Below, one piece after another: positions 6,127 through 15,834 of a stretch of 24,202 bases of DNA. The DNA lies in the IMG/VR virus record IMGVR_UViG_3300002180_000062, positions 1-24,202 of that record; one strand, 5' to 3'. The stretch comes from a virus (Duplodnaviria; Caudoviricetes). The position numbers and the translations under genes were made by a program. Position 1 is the first letter of the stretch; each line of letters opens with the position of its first letter. The notes under the pieces are model-generated. The model was not told the DNA's origin. It saw only the letters and a list, made by a program, of their open reading frames with translations, and made no database searches.

Positions 6127-8375
6127 TATATGCCCGCCATGATTGAAATATTACCCGACACCCTATTCGAGTCTGCGGTTGTCGGTGCTTTGATCGTCGT
6201 GGTTATGGCCGTACTCCCCGTAACCAAGTCGAATGTCCCTGCACTCGGGTCGATGGCGCTCACCTGCAGCGCAATATTGGCGTCGTCAAAGAATTGCTCC
6301 GTTACGGTTGATAGAGACGACGCGCCTAAGCTAGTATAGTTGATATCTATTTTTTCAATCGACCGTACAGTGTTAGTCCCCGCCTTCTTAATTAAGCCGG
6401 TTGTTATCGCGTATGAAGTATCTATCGCAACCGGCAAAGTGTACCCGCCCGCACCGGTTAAATCTATAGATCGATATCCGTTCGACCCGTCGCTGGTAGG
6501 TATACTTTCAAATATATGAGCGTCACCATTTACCAAGTCCCCGCTGAATCGATTCCCGCTTAGCAATACCGTATTCCCATTAACTAGAAACTCATGATGT
6601 ATCCCGTAATCTAGTTTCGTTACGTCAAGATTGTTATCAATCACAGAAATATCCACCAGCGCTGAAGTCGCGATGGACCCGAAGCGGTCAACCTTGATAC
6701 CCGCACTTAGGTTGGCACCTGTAAACGTTGTTAAACCCGTTAGTATTGTGTTCCCTATAATGTCCATCATCGTAGAAGTGATCGACCGTATGCCAAACAT
6801 ATCGACGTCGTCCGTATCTTTAAATATTTTTATATTGTTTCCGCGAATTGACGAGGCTTTGCAAAGGTCGGCTTTTATTCCTACGTTTAGCGTGGCCGCT
6901 CCCGTAAAGTCCAAATCTAAAGTATTATCCGATATGTTTATGTTTTCAATTGAAGGTAAATTAGCGCCGAGATACGATTCTGATCCGCCGAAGTCTATCC
7001 CTATTCTTGCTAAACCCACTATTGTGTTGTTGGATATAACGACATTTTTAAAAGACTCGCTGTTGTTGCCGTTAGTGATTATAGATACCGCTGAAAGGTT
7101 TGCCTGTGTGGTCAGATTGAAAGTGTTACCTTTTATTATAAGCCCGTCAATACTCGCGTCGTCAACATCCGTCCTAATGAATTTACCGAACGACCTGCTT
7201 GTCCCTTCGAAATAGTTATTGGCAATTATCACATTTTTCGCTGTGCCGCCATTATGCCCGACGTGTAGCAGCGTATTGGTGTTCGTATTGATAAACCGAT
7301 TGTCGGTTATAGTGACTTGCTCCGTTTCAGTTCCGTCTATGTTTAACCCTAAAAACGCCGCCCCGTTCGCAGAGTCAACTTGTACCGCGGAATTTTCAGC
7401 AAATCCCGTCGCTCCGTTACTGTTAAGCTGGGTGTTCCCGGCAAACAGTATGTTTTTAGACCCTCCAATATCAAGACAATGCTGCGTGTGGTTTCCAAAG
7501 TGACAGTCCCGAACTATTAATCCGTCGCCATGCCCGAACGCGATTAGGTCGCCATTCGTTGCGTTTCTTTCGGTGTTTGTAACACTGTCGGTCATAGTGA
7601 GGTGTTCTATGGTGATGTTACCTGCGGCTGCGTATCCGGTAGCCGTGTCCGCATCGTCATTGACAAAAAGGATACTAACTTCCTCTAAGACAAGCCGAGT
7701 AATAATCGTCCCAGCTTTGGACTCACCAAAAACGCGCACATTTGCGGGTATCCTCAAACAGTACGCCGGTGCATCGCCGGTAGATAACGCGTAAGTTCCG
7801 TCTGGGAAGTATAAAGAACCGCCGCCAAGAGCCTTTAAGTAGGCCGCCGCCGCACGAACCGCGACGGTATCGTCTGCCCCCGTGCCTTTTGCACCGAAGT
7901 GCTTAACATTTGCGGAAGTGCCTGTCCTCAGTTGAAAACTAATTAACGCATCCTCGGTACTTACTATAAAATCCGTCCCGTTTGGCGTACCACTTGAAGT
8001 GAGAACACCGACGTACGGGGCTCCACTGTTCAGGCCGTTACCGGTATCGAATTCTAAAGTAGTCACCAGTTGCCCGACCTTCGGCTCTTTCATGCTGGCC
8101 ATAGTAATTGTCGTTAGTTCCGTCCGACCCGAGATACTTAAAAGGGCTTGTAAAAACTGGGATTCACCTACTTTATCTGGGGAGCCACTAGGCACTATGC
8201 CCGCCGCCGTTAATAAAGATTGCTGGAACCCGATGTTATCATTAACGATAGCTTGTTCCCATGGCGTTCCCGTACCGTCCCCCGGAACGGTAATATTTCG
8301 AGCCGACCCATACGGGTAGTCTGCATCTGACGGGTTTATTTTCCCAGGGTATTGCGTTTCTAAATTTAATGACAT
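6126..8375 (-). CDS. Tailspike / tail fibre with right-handed beta-helix (pectate lyase 3-like, candidate polysaccharide depolymerase)
   Basis: N-terminal anchor (YPYGSARN...DGTGTPW...GFQQSLL..AGIVPSG); NVKHFGAKGTGADDTVAVRAA..GGGSLYFPDGTY cap motif; repeated NVIIANNYF / GLIIKGNTF / NVVISNNTI / NINISDNTL strands; follows the baseplate genes. Confidence 0.85.
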   Translation of the reverse strand: MSLNLETQYPGKINPSDADYPYGSARNITVPGDGTGTPWEQAIVNDNIGFQQSLLTAAGIVPSGSPDKVGESQFLQALLSISGRTELTTITMASMKEPKVGQLVTTLEFDTGNGLNSGAPYVGVLTSSGTPNGTDFIVSTEDALISFQLRTGTSANVKHFGAKGTGADDTVAVRAAAAYLKALGGGSLYFPDGTYALSTGDAPAYCLRIPANVRVFGESKAGTIITRLVLEEVSILFVNDDADTATGYAAAGNITIEHLTMTDSVTNTERNATNGDLIAFGHGDGLIVRDCHFGNHTQHCLDIGGSKNILFAGNTQLNSNGATGFAENSAVQVDSANGAAFLGLNIDGTETEQVTITDNRFINTNTNTLLHVGHNGGTAKNVIIANNYFEGTSRSFGKFIRTDVDDASIDGLIIKGNTFNLTTQANLSAVSIITNGNNSESFKNVVISNNTIVGLARIGIDFGGSESYLGANLPSIENINISDNTLDLDFTGAATLNVGIKADLCKASSIRGNNIKIFKDTDDVDMFGIRSITSTMMDIIGNTILTGLTTFTGANLSAGIKVDRFGSIATSALVDISVIDNNLDVTKLDYGIHHEFLVNGNTVLLSGNRFSGDLVNGDAHIFESIPTSDGSNGYRSIDLTGAGGYTLPVAIDTSYAITTGLIKKAGTNTVRSIEKIDINYTSLGASSLSTVTEQFFDDANIALQVSAIDPSAGTFDLVTGSTAITTTIKAPTTADSNRVSGNISIMAGI

Positions 8376-8388
8376 GATTTATGCTCCA

Positions 8389-9204
8389 CTATCCGTATTC
8401 AACTAGTATACCTAACCATTGTTGAGTCGGGCAAATTTTAAGACAAAGATCCTCGAACTCACTCCGTCTTTTTGAGTCAACTATTGCTAAGTCTCCGAAA
8501 ACTTGGCCACCTATGTACAAAAAATATGGCCATTTGTCCGGTTCGTTCGGTACTACATACTCTTTTAACTTGTCTATGAATCTAAAATAATTTCCGCATA
8601 GTGCGTCAGGCTCACCAGCTTCCGCAAGTACTTCTCCGCAAGCCGGTATTATATCGGGCGTAGTCTCAAAAATTTTATTAACCAGCGGATAACCGAGCGG
8701 GCTAAATCCGTTACCAGACTCCGCAAAAGACTCTCCACATGCTGCGTTAGCCTCTCCGCATTCAACCAGCAAATTAGCCCCCGTAAATTCGCGCCGTATC
8801 CACTGTAAAGGGTTTCGGGGAGTAACGCATTGCTTAACACTTACCGCTGGCTTAGTTCCCGGTTCCCACCATTGGTGGACATAGACGTCGAAACCCGCTC
8901 CGCGTAGAGTGTCCTGAATATACCGAGGATCTTGACCGCCAAGGGCTTTCCATGTCGCGTCTAATCTATTCCGTCGTTCTTGCTCAGTAGTGCCCGTATC
9001 GCGTAGCCCGAATTGATCTTCCCAAGCGTCCAACTCTCGGGTTGTTTGCGGGAAGACATCAAGCCATACCAAATCGAAAAAAGATTTTACATTGTCACCT
9101 GTAGCTGCCAACCCGTCAAAAAACTGCCGAAGCTGTTTATCAACCGTTGTTCGCCATGCTCTCGCATTAGGCAATAGATGCTGTAGGATGCGCAAAAAAT
9201 TCAT
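8389..9204 (-). CDS. Baseplate wedge protein (Mu gp48 / YmfQ DUF2313-like)
   Basis: LQHLLP..AW, FPQTT.ELDAWEDQFGL, RRNRL, GGQDP.YI, FEDLCLKICP; lies between the J-like gene and the fibre. Confidence 0.75.
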   Translation of the reverse strand: MNFLRILQHLLPNARAWRTTVDKQLRQFFDGLAATGDNVKSFFDLVWLDVFPQTTRELDAWEDQFGLRDTGTTEQERRNRLDATWKALGGQDPRYIQDTLRGAGFDVYVHQWWEPGTKPAVSVKQCVTPRNPLQWIRREFTGANLLVECGEANAACGESFAESGNGFSPLGYPLVNKIFETTPDIIPACGEVLAEAGEPDALCGNYFRFIDKLKEYVVPNEPDKWPYFLYIGGQVFGDLAIVDSKRRSEFEDLCLKICPTQQWLGILVEYG

Positions 9205-10397
9205 ACAAACGTTACCGTACTTGCTTTGGCTTTCTCACCGATACCGAGAGAATATAACTCAACATTGATCGTTGATTGGCTAACAATTACCGAGCTAAAT
9301 ATTCCGCCCGCCGCACTAACAATATCGTCCACCGTTCCGCCTATTGCACTTCGAGTTATTCGGTCGCGTCGTGGTAAAACCGACAGGCCTGTAATGAACG
9401 GCTCACGGTCGAGAAAGTATTCTTCGATGGCGGTCGTTATGGTTGCTTGAACCGATGCCAAATTATCAACCTGCAGGCCAGTTACTTGGACATCAAAACC
9501 CGTGCGGGTTATCGGGAAAGTGTTTGCTAGCGCATTAGCCGGACGCCTGCTTGCCAGCCCGTTGCTGTCTAACTCGATGGAGTCAAGAACCTCTTGAAGT
9601 TGTGGTGCGGTTGGAGTGCCATCGGGGTCGCCCGAACTTTCCGGCGTCGCTTCAACGTAAACGTCCACTTGGCCGGGACAATCGCTAGTGTACGGATAAA
9701 TATTTATGATCCCCGCCGGTTCTTCTCCCCATATTTCGTAATCGGCATACGCGCCGCCTTGAGGGCGTTTCTGGAACCGGTCGATTACTCGCTGGCGGTA
9801 GGCTTCGGTTGTCTCTGCGTCGGCACCTGTGACCGTCTGTGTGACGACTATAGCATCACGGGCAACGTTCGCCAATGGGTTGGCAAAAGAAACAGTCGCG
9901 CCGGGATCAAGGTTTCCGATCACGCCCGCACCCCCGCCACCGGTTTGGTCTGAAACCGCCCGGATAGTTGCTTGAACGGTTGCCGCGTTAAGCGACACTG
10001 CGCCGATAGTGATATAAGTCACGCCGTTATCAGTGTTCACTAATTGGGACCCAGACGGCAAAGTGCCAGTTTGATTGTTGACCGTCATGTCGATGGTCAT
10101 TTCGGCGATCGTCGCAGCGGCTGGGTCGCCAACACCAATCAAACGCCCCCACTCGGTCAAAGGGTTCACGTCTTCGCCGTTAATGTTGGTGGCGGAAAAA
10201 CTGGCCGTCCTTACAAAAATTTGCAAGAACATGAAGCCGCCGTACTTGTACAAAATAACAAAAACGCCAGCCAGTGCTTTGGCCAGTACGCGCATAAAGG
10301 ATTTAGGCAATAACGGTATCGATTGGTTAAGCGACGCTTCTAACTGCGCAATGATGTTATCGTTTATCGCTTTCGTTGTTGGTGTAATTAAGCTCAT
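9201..10397 (-). CDS. Baseplate J-like protein (Mu gp47)
   Basis: GADAETTEAYRQRV..RFQKRPQGGAYADYEIW, GQVDVYV; start re-called to ATG 10397 (ATGA overlap). Confidence 0.9.
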   Translation of the reverse strand: MSLITPTTKAINDNIIAQLEASLNQSIPLLPKSFMRVLAKALAGVFVILYKYGGFMFLQIFVRTASFSATNINGEDVNPLTEWGRLIGVGDPAAATIAEMTIDMTVNNQTGTLPSGSQLVNTDNGVTYITIGAVSLNAATVQATIRAVSDQTGGGGAGVIGNLDPGATVSFANPLANVARDAIVVTQTVTGADAETTEAYRQRVIDRFQKRPQGGAYADYEIWGEEPAGIINIYPYTSDCPGQVDVYVEATPESSGDPDGTPTAPQLQEVLDSIELDSNGLASRRPANALANTFPITRTGFDVQVTGLQVDNLASVQATITTAIEEYFLDREPFITGLSVLPRRDRITRSAIGGTVDDIVSAAGGIFSSVIVSQSTINVELYSLGIGEKAKASTVTFV

Positions 10398-10837
10398 GGT
10401 GCGACCTTCCAATTTTCTACGAACTCAAAGCGCGACTCTTCGCCATTCGCCTCGAGGTCTATTATCAGTTTTATTCGGTTTAGCCCAGGTATTGAAGCCG
10501 CAACCGATACTTTCGACGCTACGTTGCTGCTCAATAACCAATCGAGATCACGGACAGCGGCGTCTTCAATTCTTCGCAAATTTCCTGACGTGGCCGGAAT
10601 GCCCTGCAGCAAATATTGCGTCTCGCTTCGGTACTGTCTTTCTAATTCGTTTTCGTCAATATTCCCCCACCAATTTAAAACCGAGTCTTGCTCCCCACCA
10701 TCGTCTTCATTACCGCCAAACAGCGAAAGATAAACCGAAGTCGATAAACCGCCGGACATAGCAACCAACCCGTCCACGACGCAAATATCACCGTCGTCGT
10801 CGGTCTGAGTTAAAACTATATCGCCTTGCTGTGCCAT
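10394..10837 (-). CDS. Baseplate protein, Mu gp46-like
   Basis: GLSTSVYLSLF, WWGN, RIEDAAVRDLDWLL..VASKVSV; position between spike and J. Confidence 0.8.
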   Translation of the reverse strand: MAQQGDIVLTQTDDDGDICVVDGLVAMSGGLSTSVYLSLFGGNEDDGGEQDSVLNWWGNIDENELERQYRSETQYLLQGIPATSGNLRRIEDAAVRDLDWLLSSNVASKVSVAASIPGLNRIKLIIDLEANGEESRFEFVENWKVAP

Positions 10838-10840
10838 GTT

Positions 10841-11458
10841 TTATGTTCCCGGTACTGGGGCGCTTCCGCCGTGATTATGGGTACTGAGCGTCACGTTTTG
10901 ATTATCCGCCGTCACGTCGTCGGCGTTCAAAGTTCCGCCCGTGACTATATTTCCGCCCGTGTCTATGGTAACACCATTAACAACAAAGTCACCACCGGCC
11001 TCAAGCTCGAATGAACCGCTGCCGTTATCGCCTTTAATCGACCCGTCCGCCTTGGCGTCAAATGTAGCGCCCGGTGTGGTCACAATCGAGCCGCCATCAG
11101 GCCGAAGCAATACCGAGCCGTTATCGTTCGAGATTACCGCCGTTCCGTCGTTCTTCAGCCAGACTTCAACCACTACCGCACCGGTGTCAGCGTCCCGAGC
11201 ATATATTCGTTTATCGCCTTTCTGGGCTTTGGGCGTGTTCTTTGGGTCGAGGTAACCTGTCACCGCCACCCGTCCGGTTTGTTGAACATCGTGCCCTATT
11301 GCATAATCAGTTTCGAGCGGGTACGAATCATCGCCTGCGGGCGCGAAATGTTCTGCCGTTACATTAGGGCCTCCGCCGGTATCGATTTGAGTATCGGAAA
11401 TTTTAGCCCCGTTTCGCTCAACTCGAAAAAATGACAATACGCGGCCTACCCATCCCAT
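10841..11458 (-). CDS. Baseplate central spike (Mu gp45 / P2 gpV-like)
   Basis: GDDSYPL, GDKRIYAR, beta-strand repeats and C-terminal LSTHNHGG (HxH metal-binding apex). Confidence 0.85.
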   Translation of the reverse strand: MGWVGRVLSFFRVERNGAKISDTQIDTGGGPNVTAEHFAPAGDDSYPLETDYAIGHDVQQTGRVAVTGYLDPKNTPKAQKGDKRIYARDADTGAVVVEVWLKNDGTAVISNDNGSVLLRPDGGSIVTTPGATFDAKADGSIKGDNGSGSFELEAGGDFVVNGVTIDTGGNIVTGGTLNADDVTADNQNVTLSTHNHGGSAPVPGT

Positions 11459-12687
11459 GGTAAAACCTCCGGCACTTGGCCACTAAATGAGCCAGGTATG
11501 ACGAGATTTAAAACGGCGGTCTCCGCACTTCGCTCTCTTATGAACTCAACGCTCCGAACAATAAACGCGTACTCGGAATAAACCATGGCGTCACGGGCGA
11601 TCAAAGTTATCGTAGAATTTGGGGCCCAAAGGTTGCCTGAAGGATTGCGCCACGTTGTCAACGTTATGGAATACGAAGCCGCATTGCCAAACATTCGACC
11701 GGCTTTAGATTCGACGGCACCTTTAACGTCAGCGGCTACCGCGTCGGAAGCCTCAAAAGTGATCGGCCTTACTACGCCGACTAGCCTCGGATTCTTAACG
11801 GTAAACTGCGAACCGGCCAGACCAACTAAAACCGGCTCAAGTCCGGTGATGTGGCTGTAATACTCTTGCGGACTGAAAAACGGCGTAACAGATAGCAGCG
11901 GCGATTCGCCTTGCCGTAATTGTGCGACCGGTTGTCTCGCATCGGTTGACTTTAAAAACAACAGCTCGCCGAGTGGAGTACTCGAGACTATCAAGTTTCG
12001 CTGCTTCGCCAAGTCCGCTAAAAATGATAAAACTTTCTTTCCGGGCGTTAAGGCTACTCTGTCAAATACTGCGCCCGGTTCGCCATCAAATACCACTTTA
12101 AGGCCAAAGAGCCCCGCCACCTTGTTGGCGATATCACGTAAATTTTGATCGTTAAATTCTAACGGGAACGCACTGGCCGGAGCCGTACAATCGTTAAGCA
12201 CTCCGGGTAAAGAATACGCGCTTACTGATACGACTTTTCGTGCAGGGTCCAGGACCGGAACAACGCCGACCATGGTGCCGGTGAATAGCGGAATGCCGCC
12301 CACCGTAACATTGGCGGATTTATACGAGAAAGGCCGGAAGGTTTCACGAAAACTAGCAACCTCTGAATCAAAAGGTGCGAGCAATTCCATAGTGTCCATA
12401 GCGTCAATTGCTCGGGTAATCCGAATGCTTTGCCAAAAACGAAAACGCTCACCTTCAATTAGTACCGCAGTTTCGTTCTCTGAGCCCGCCTGAGCTTGCT
12501 GGGGTTGGTCAATCGGGGTACCGGGTAAAGCAGGCACAACTAAAACAATACCTGCGGAAAACGGCTCGCTGGTGCCGGGGTTGGCTTCCCGAAGTCGGGA
12601 CGCTTCTACCTCAGTGCCGTAAACTTTACGCGCGACCGCCTCGAAGGTATCTCCGGCAGAAGTGTTATACGTAGTAGACAATTTCAC
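11446..12687 (-). CDS. Baseplate hub protein (Mu gp44/P-like) with N-terminal LysM-like domain
   Basis: YNTSAGDTFEAVARKVYG...LREANP LysM-like start; FRFWQSIRITRAID, LFTG, GNLWAPN; start GTG 12687 or TTG 12681. Confidence 0.8.
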   Translation of the reverse strand: MKLSTTYNTSAGDTFEAVARKVYGTEVEASRLREANPGTSEPFSAGIVLVVPALPGTPIDQPQQAQAGSENETAVLIEGERFRFWQSIRITRAIDAMDTMELLAPFDSEVASFRETFRPFSYKSANVTVGGIPLFTGTMVGVVPVLDPARKVVSVSAYSLPGVLNDCTAPASAFPLEFNDQNLRDIANKVAGLFGLKVVFDGEPGAVFDRVALTPGKKVLSFLADLAKQRNLIVSSTPLGELLFLKSTDARQPVAQLRQGESPLLSVTPFFSPQEYYSHITGLEPVLVGLAGSQFTVKNPRLVGVVRPITFEASDAVAADVKGAVESKAGRMFGNAASYSITLTTWRNPSGNLWAPNSTITLIARDAMVYSEYAFIVRSVEFIRERSAETAVLNLVIPGSFSGQVPEVLPWDG

Positions 12688-13909
12688 GCCCCTTCGGAAG
12701 TTCTAAAATTTCAGAGCCTGTTAAATTATTTGAGCTAATCAAGAAGTTTAACTGGTCATCGACGCTGCCATAAAGCTCGGCGGCTAAATCTACGATGGTT
12801 CGATTACGGACTAAAACCACCCGTCGTTCTTGTTTTAAGTTGAAAGAAATTTGAACCAAAAAACCTGCCGTCAACGCGACCGCTTCTTGTAATTGCTGGT
12901 ACGCTCCGCCGGTATCGACTTCACTTAAAGATTGAAAATTATCATCCCGCCAATCGGTAACATCGCTAAGTTGTTGGAGTACGGCCTCGGCGGCTTGCAG
13001 TGCTTCGGTCTTGGTGGTGAATTGGTTATTAACGACCGACACGACTGAACCCGTAACATACGTCGAAGCGTACAGGTCGTTGGTGTGAAAATCGTTTGAG
13101 TTTCTAGCATCATTACCCGGCGAAACAACCGCGCCGTCTCCGGTGATCAAACTATTTGCAAGGTCAGAATACGCGGTTAAACGTGCCTCGATATTGGCCA
13201 ACGCTCTGGCCGGTGCTTGAATCATCTGGACGGTTTGAAAAGCCAACGTAAGCGGTTCAGATACCAGAATGTCGATCCCTTGGTTAATCGAATCAACGAT
13301 GGCGCCAAACTGAGTCCGAACGTCGTCTTGAACATCTGCTATTGCCTGCAAACCGGACGAAGCCGAATCGAGCAAAGATTGATACGAATTTTTAAAAGTG
13401 GCCTGTTCAACAGCAGAGTCTAAGCTAGTGATTACCTCGAATTCACTGGCCGCCGCATCGTTGTACTCACTTACCGCCGCAAGAACAGAAGACGCAGGGT
13501 CTTGTTGGTTGGTCGGGTAAACTAAGCCAATAGTATTCCAGAAAGTCACCTCCATTACGGTTTGATTTGCGCCAGTCTTTAAATCGTCCCGCGTTTTAAT
13601 CTCTCCGAACGGCACAACATCAACCGAGCCATAAAATGGGTGATCGAGTTTACCGGTGCCAGTTTCAAGCAAAGCGTCCTCGAATGCTTGCGCCTCTAAG
13701 TCGTGGTCGTTCCCCCAGAAAAACACCCGTAAAGGGTAACGTCGTCCTGAGTGGCCAAGGTCTTGCACGTAGGTTCCGTTAGCGTCGGGAAACTCAAAAG
13801 CCGTCGTTTTCTTTTCGACTGTTTTCGATACATTTTCATAGGCGAACGTTAAACGAATACCTGAAGGCGGAGTGTATGCCGCTTCTCTTAATCTATCATT
13901 CCACGCCAT
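12665..13909 (-). CDS. Mu-like 'DNA circularisation' / tail-tube initiator protein
   Basis: MAWNDRLREAAY, FEFP...YVQDLG, GKLDHPFYG; C-terminal LAAELYG LysM-like segment; follows the tape measure gene. Confidence 0.85.
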   Translation of the reverse strand: MAWNDRLREAAYTPPSGIRLTFAYENVSKTVEKKTTAFEFPDANGTYVQDLGHSGRRYPLRVFFWGNDHDLEAQAFEDALLETGTGKLDHPFYGSVDVVPFGEIKTRDDLKTGANQTVMEVTFWNTIGLVYPTNQQDPASSVLAAVSEYNDAAASEFEVITSLDSAVEQATFKNSYQSLLDSASSGLQAIADVQDDVRTQFGAIVDSINQGIDILVSEPLTLAFQTVQMIQAPARALANIEARLTAYSDLANSLITGDGAVVSPGNDARNSNDFHTNDLYASTYVTGSVVSVVNNQFTTKTEALQAAEAVLQQLSDVTDWRDDNFQSLSEVDTGGAYQQLQEAVALTAGFLVQISFNLKQERRVVLVRNRTIVDLAAELYGSVDDQLNFLISSNNLTGSEILELPKGREIVYYV

Positions 13910-15834
13910 TAGAACGCCCCTGAAGGTTGTAAAGTTATTCCTGCGCCAAGTTGGCCGCCTGTCACTTCGGCGCGTCCTGTCTCGTCGCGTAAAGTCACCT
14001 CGGCGGTACTTGTTGAACGTTGTTCGTCAATCTGTCTGGCTGTTCGATCTTGAGGGCTAACCACAGCGGCTTTCGCCCTGGCACTGTCCGCCGCTTCATC
14101 ATCATCGAATCCGAAGAACGATGCTACGCCTGAACCGATAGCCTTAACGGTATTGATTATTGCAGTCGCTTTGGCAATGACCTTATCGACGATTCCCGTT
14201 ATGAATCCGAGGGCGCTCTCAAAACCGGCCACAATGCCGTCCCATAGTCCGCTAAAGAATTCTTTGATTGGCTCCCAGTGTTTGATAATTAACGCCGCTG
14301 CCGCGATTAACAGACCGACCGGCCCTAGTAGTATCCCGATCCCCGCCACTATAATGTCCATGGCCTTGCCGCCTTCCATAAAACCTGCCACCAAATTCTC
14401 CCACCAGAATATCAATGCGGCTATGGCGGCTATAAGGGCGATCACAGCTAAGATAATTAAGACGACAGGATTGGCGGCCATGACAAGATTAACTAGTGTC
14501 AGGATGCCGATAAGCGTTTTAAGGATAATGGAGAAAGTCACAAAGACCGCTAATCCCGTAGCTATACGTTTTGTCCAAATCACGATGTTTTCAAAGTTGT
14601 TGATTATGTCAGCGAGGAACTGACCAATATCGGAAGCTATAGCCTCCTCGTTGACGCGTATCCAGTCCGTCATTCTTTCAATTGCATCGTTTAGCGGCCC
14701 TTCGGTCATGCTGAACATTGTTAGCTTTACGCCTTCAATAGCAGAAGACAGCGCGTTCAATCGACCCTGCAAAGTATCTCGCATGATGTCCGCCATTTTT
14801 TTAGTAGCGCCAGCCGAGGCTTCCAATTCTTTTCGGAAGTCTTTCATGCTATCCGCTGCATTGGTTAAATTGATGGCCGCCGCGATTGGTATCTTTCCGA
14901 ATATCTCGTTGAATACCTGCAGGCGTGTTTGCTCTGGTAGTTTTTTAGTTGCCCGGCTGAAATCTTGGAACACGTCAATGGCGTCTCGGATATTTCCGTC
15001 TGCATCGGCGGTTTCAATACCCAGGCGTTTCATTACCTTAGCGGCGGCGCTGCCTGGTGCGTTAAGCGATAAGAATACGTTTTTAAGGCCAGTGCCCGCC
15101 CGAGTGCCTTTAATACCCGCGTCGGCCATTTTAGCGGCAAACGTGGCGATAGTTTCAAGACTCTGGCCAGCGGCGACACCGACCGGTCCGCCTTGTTTGA
15201 TAGCCTCGAACATTTCCTCAACGGACAGGTTCGCGCTTGTTGTTGCTTTGGCGAAAACATCAGTAATACGGGTTAAATTTTTCTGGTTCTGGGCGGCGTC
15301 TTTGGTGAGTAAATTAAACGCGCCGAGAGAGTCCGTCGCAATGTCGGAAGCCGCGCCGAGGTCTATCTGTGCGACGGTTGCTAAATCAACTACACCCGGA
15401 AGCGCCTTGATCGCCGCTTCGGCACTAAAGCCTGCCATGGCCAAAAAGTTAAGAGCCTCCGCCGATTGGGTGGCGGTGAATTCTGTGGTTTTGCCTGTCT
15501 GACGTGCGGCATCTTCAAGGGCTTTAAACGCCTTCGTGCCTTTTCGGATCTCACCGGGGAATTTGACGGCGGCATTGACTAACGTTTGTTCAAATTGAGC
15601 ACCAGTACGGATTACGTCCGCCATGGCTCCGCCGATAAATACGAGAGAAAGCGCGGCCACTTGAGCACCACGTTTTAAACCTCTGCCAAATTTGTTGACG
15701 GTACGATTGAGTTTATTGAATCCGCGATTCATGCTGCGGGTGAATTTCCCGACGCGGTTTTGCATCCGAGAGACGGGAGCCGTTACACGATCTATTGCTT
15801 TAAAAACGGCTTCAACGCTGAAACGACCTGCCAT
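13909..15834 (-). CDS. Tail tape measure protein (TP901-type core)
   Basis: TEFTATQSAEALNFLAMAG, ALPGVVDLA, GIKGTRAGTGLK, Ala-rich helices, hydrophobic ANPVVLII segments and W-spaced repeats; 641 aa. Confidence 0.92.
   Translation of the reverse strand: MAGRFSVEAVFKAIDRVTAPVSRMQNRVGKFTRSMNRGFNKLNRTVNKFGRGLKRGAQVAALSLVFIGGAMADVIRTGAQFEQTLVNAAVKFPGEIRKGTKAFKALEDAARQTGKTTEFTATQSAEALNFLAMAGFSAEAAIKALPGVVDLATVAQIDLGAASDIATDSLGAFNLLTKDAAQNQKNLTRITDVFAKATTSANLSVEEMFEAIKQGGPVGVAAGQSLETIATFAAKMADAGIKGTRAGTGLKNVFLSLNAPGSAAAKVMKRLGIETADADGNIRDAIDVFQDFSRATKKLPEQTRLQVFNEIFGKIPIAAAINLTNAADSMKDFRKELEASAGATKKMADIMRDTLQGRLNALSSAIEGVKLTMFSMTEGPLNDAIERMTDWIRVNEEAIASDIGQFLADIINNFENIVIWTKRIATGLAVFVTFSIILKTLIGILTLVNLVMAANPVVLIILAVIALIAAIAALIFWWENLVAGFMEGGKAMDIIVAGIGILLGPVGLLIAAAALIIKHWEPIKEFFSGLWDGIVAGFESALGFITGIVDKVIAKATAIINTVKAIGSGVASFFGFDDDEAADSARAKAAVVSPQDRTARQIDEQRSTSTAEVTLRDETGRAEVTGGQLGAGITLQPSGAF

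Noticed and set aside
6126-8375. Diversity-generating retroelement or invertible segment acting on the tail fibre
   Set aside because: No reverse transcriptase or invertase, and I noticed no duplicated template/variable repeat or flanking inverted repeats.
14153-15502. Long + strand ORFs (156 and 283 aa) antisense to the tape measure gene, and similar ones opposite the tailspike, baseplate, sheath and protease genes
   Set aside because: They mirror the sense codon frame, give Ser/Ala/Ile/Pro-rich text without motifs and lack SD sequences; typical antisense shadows.
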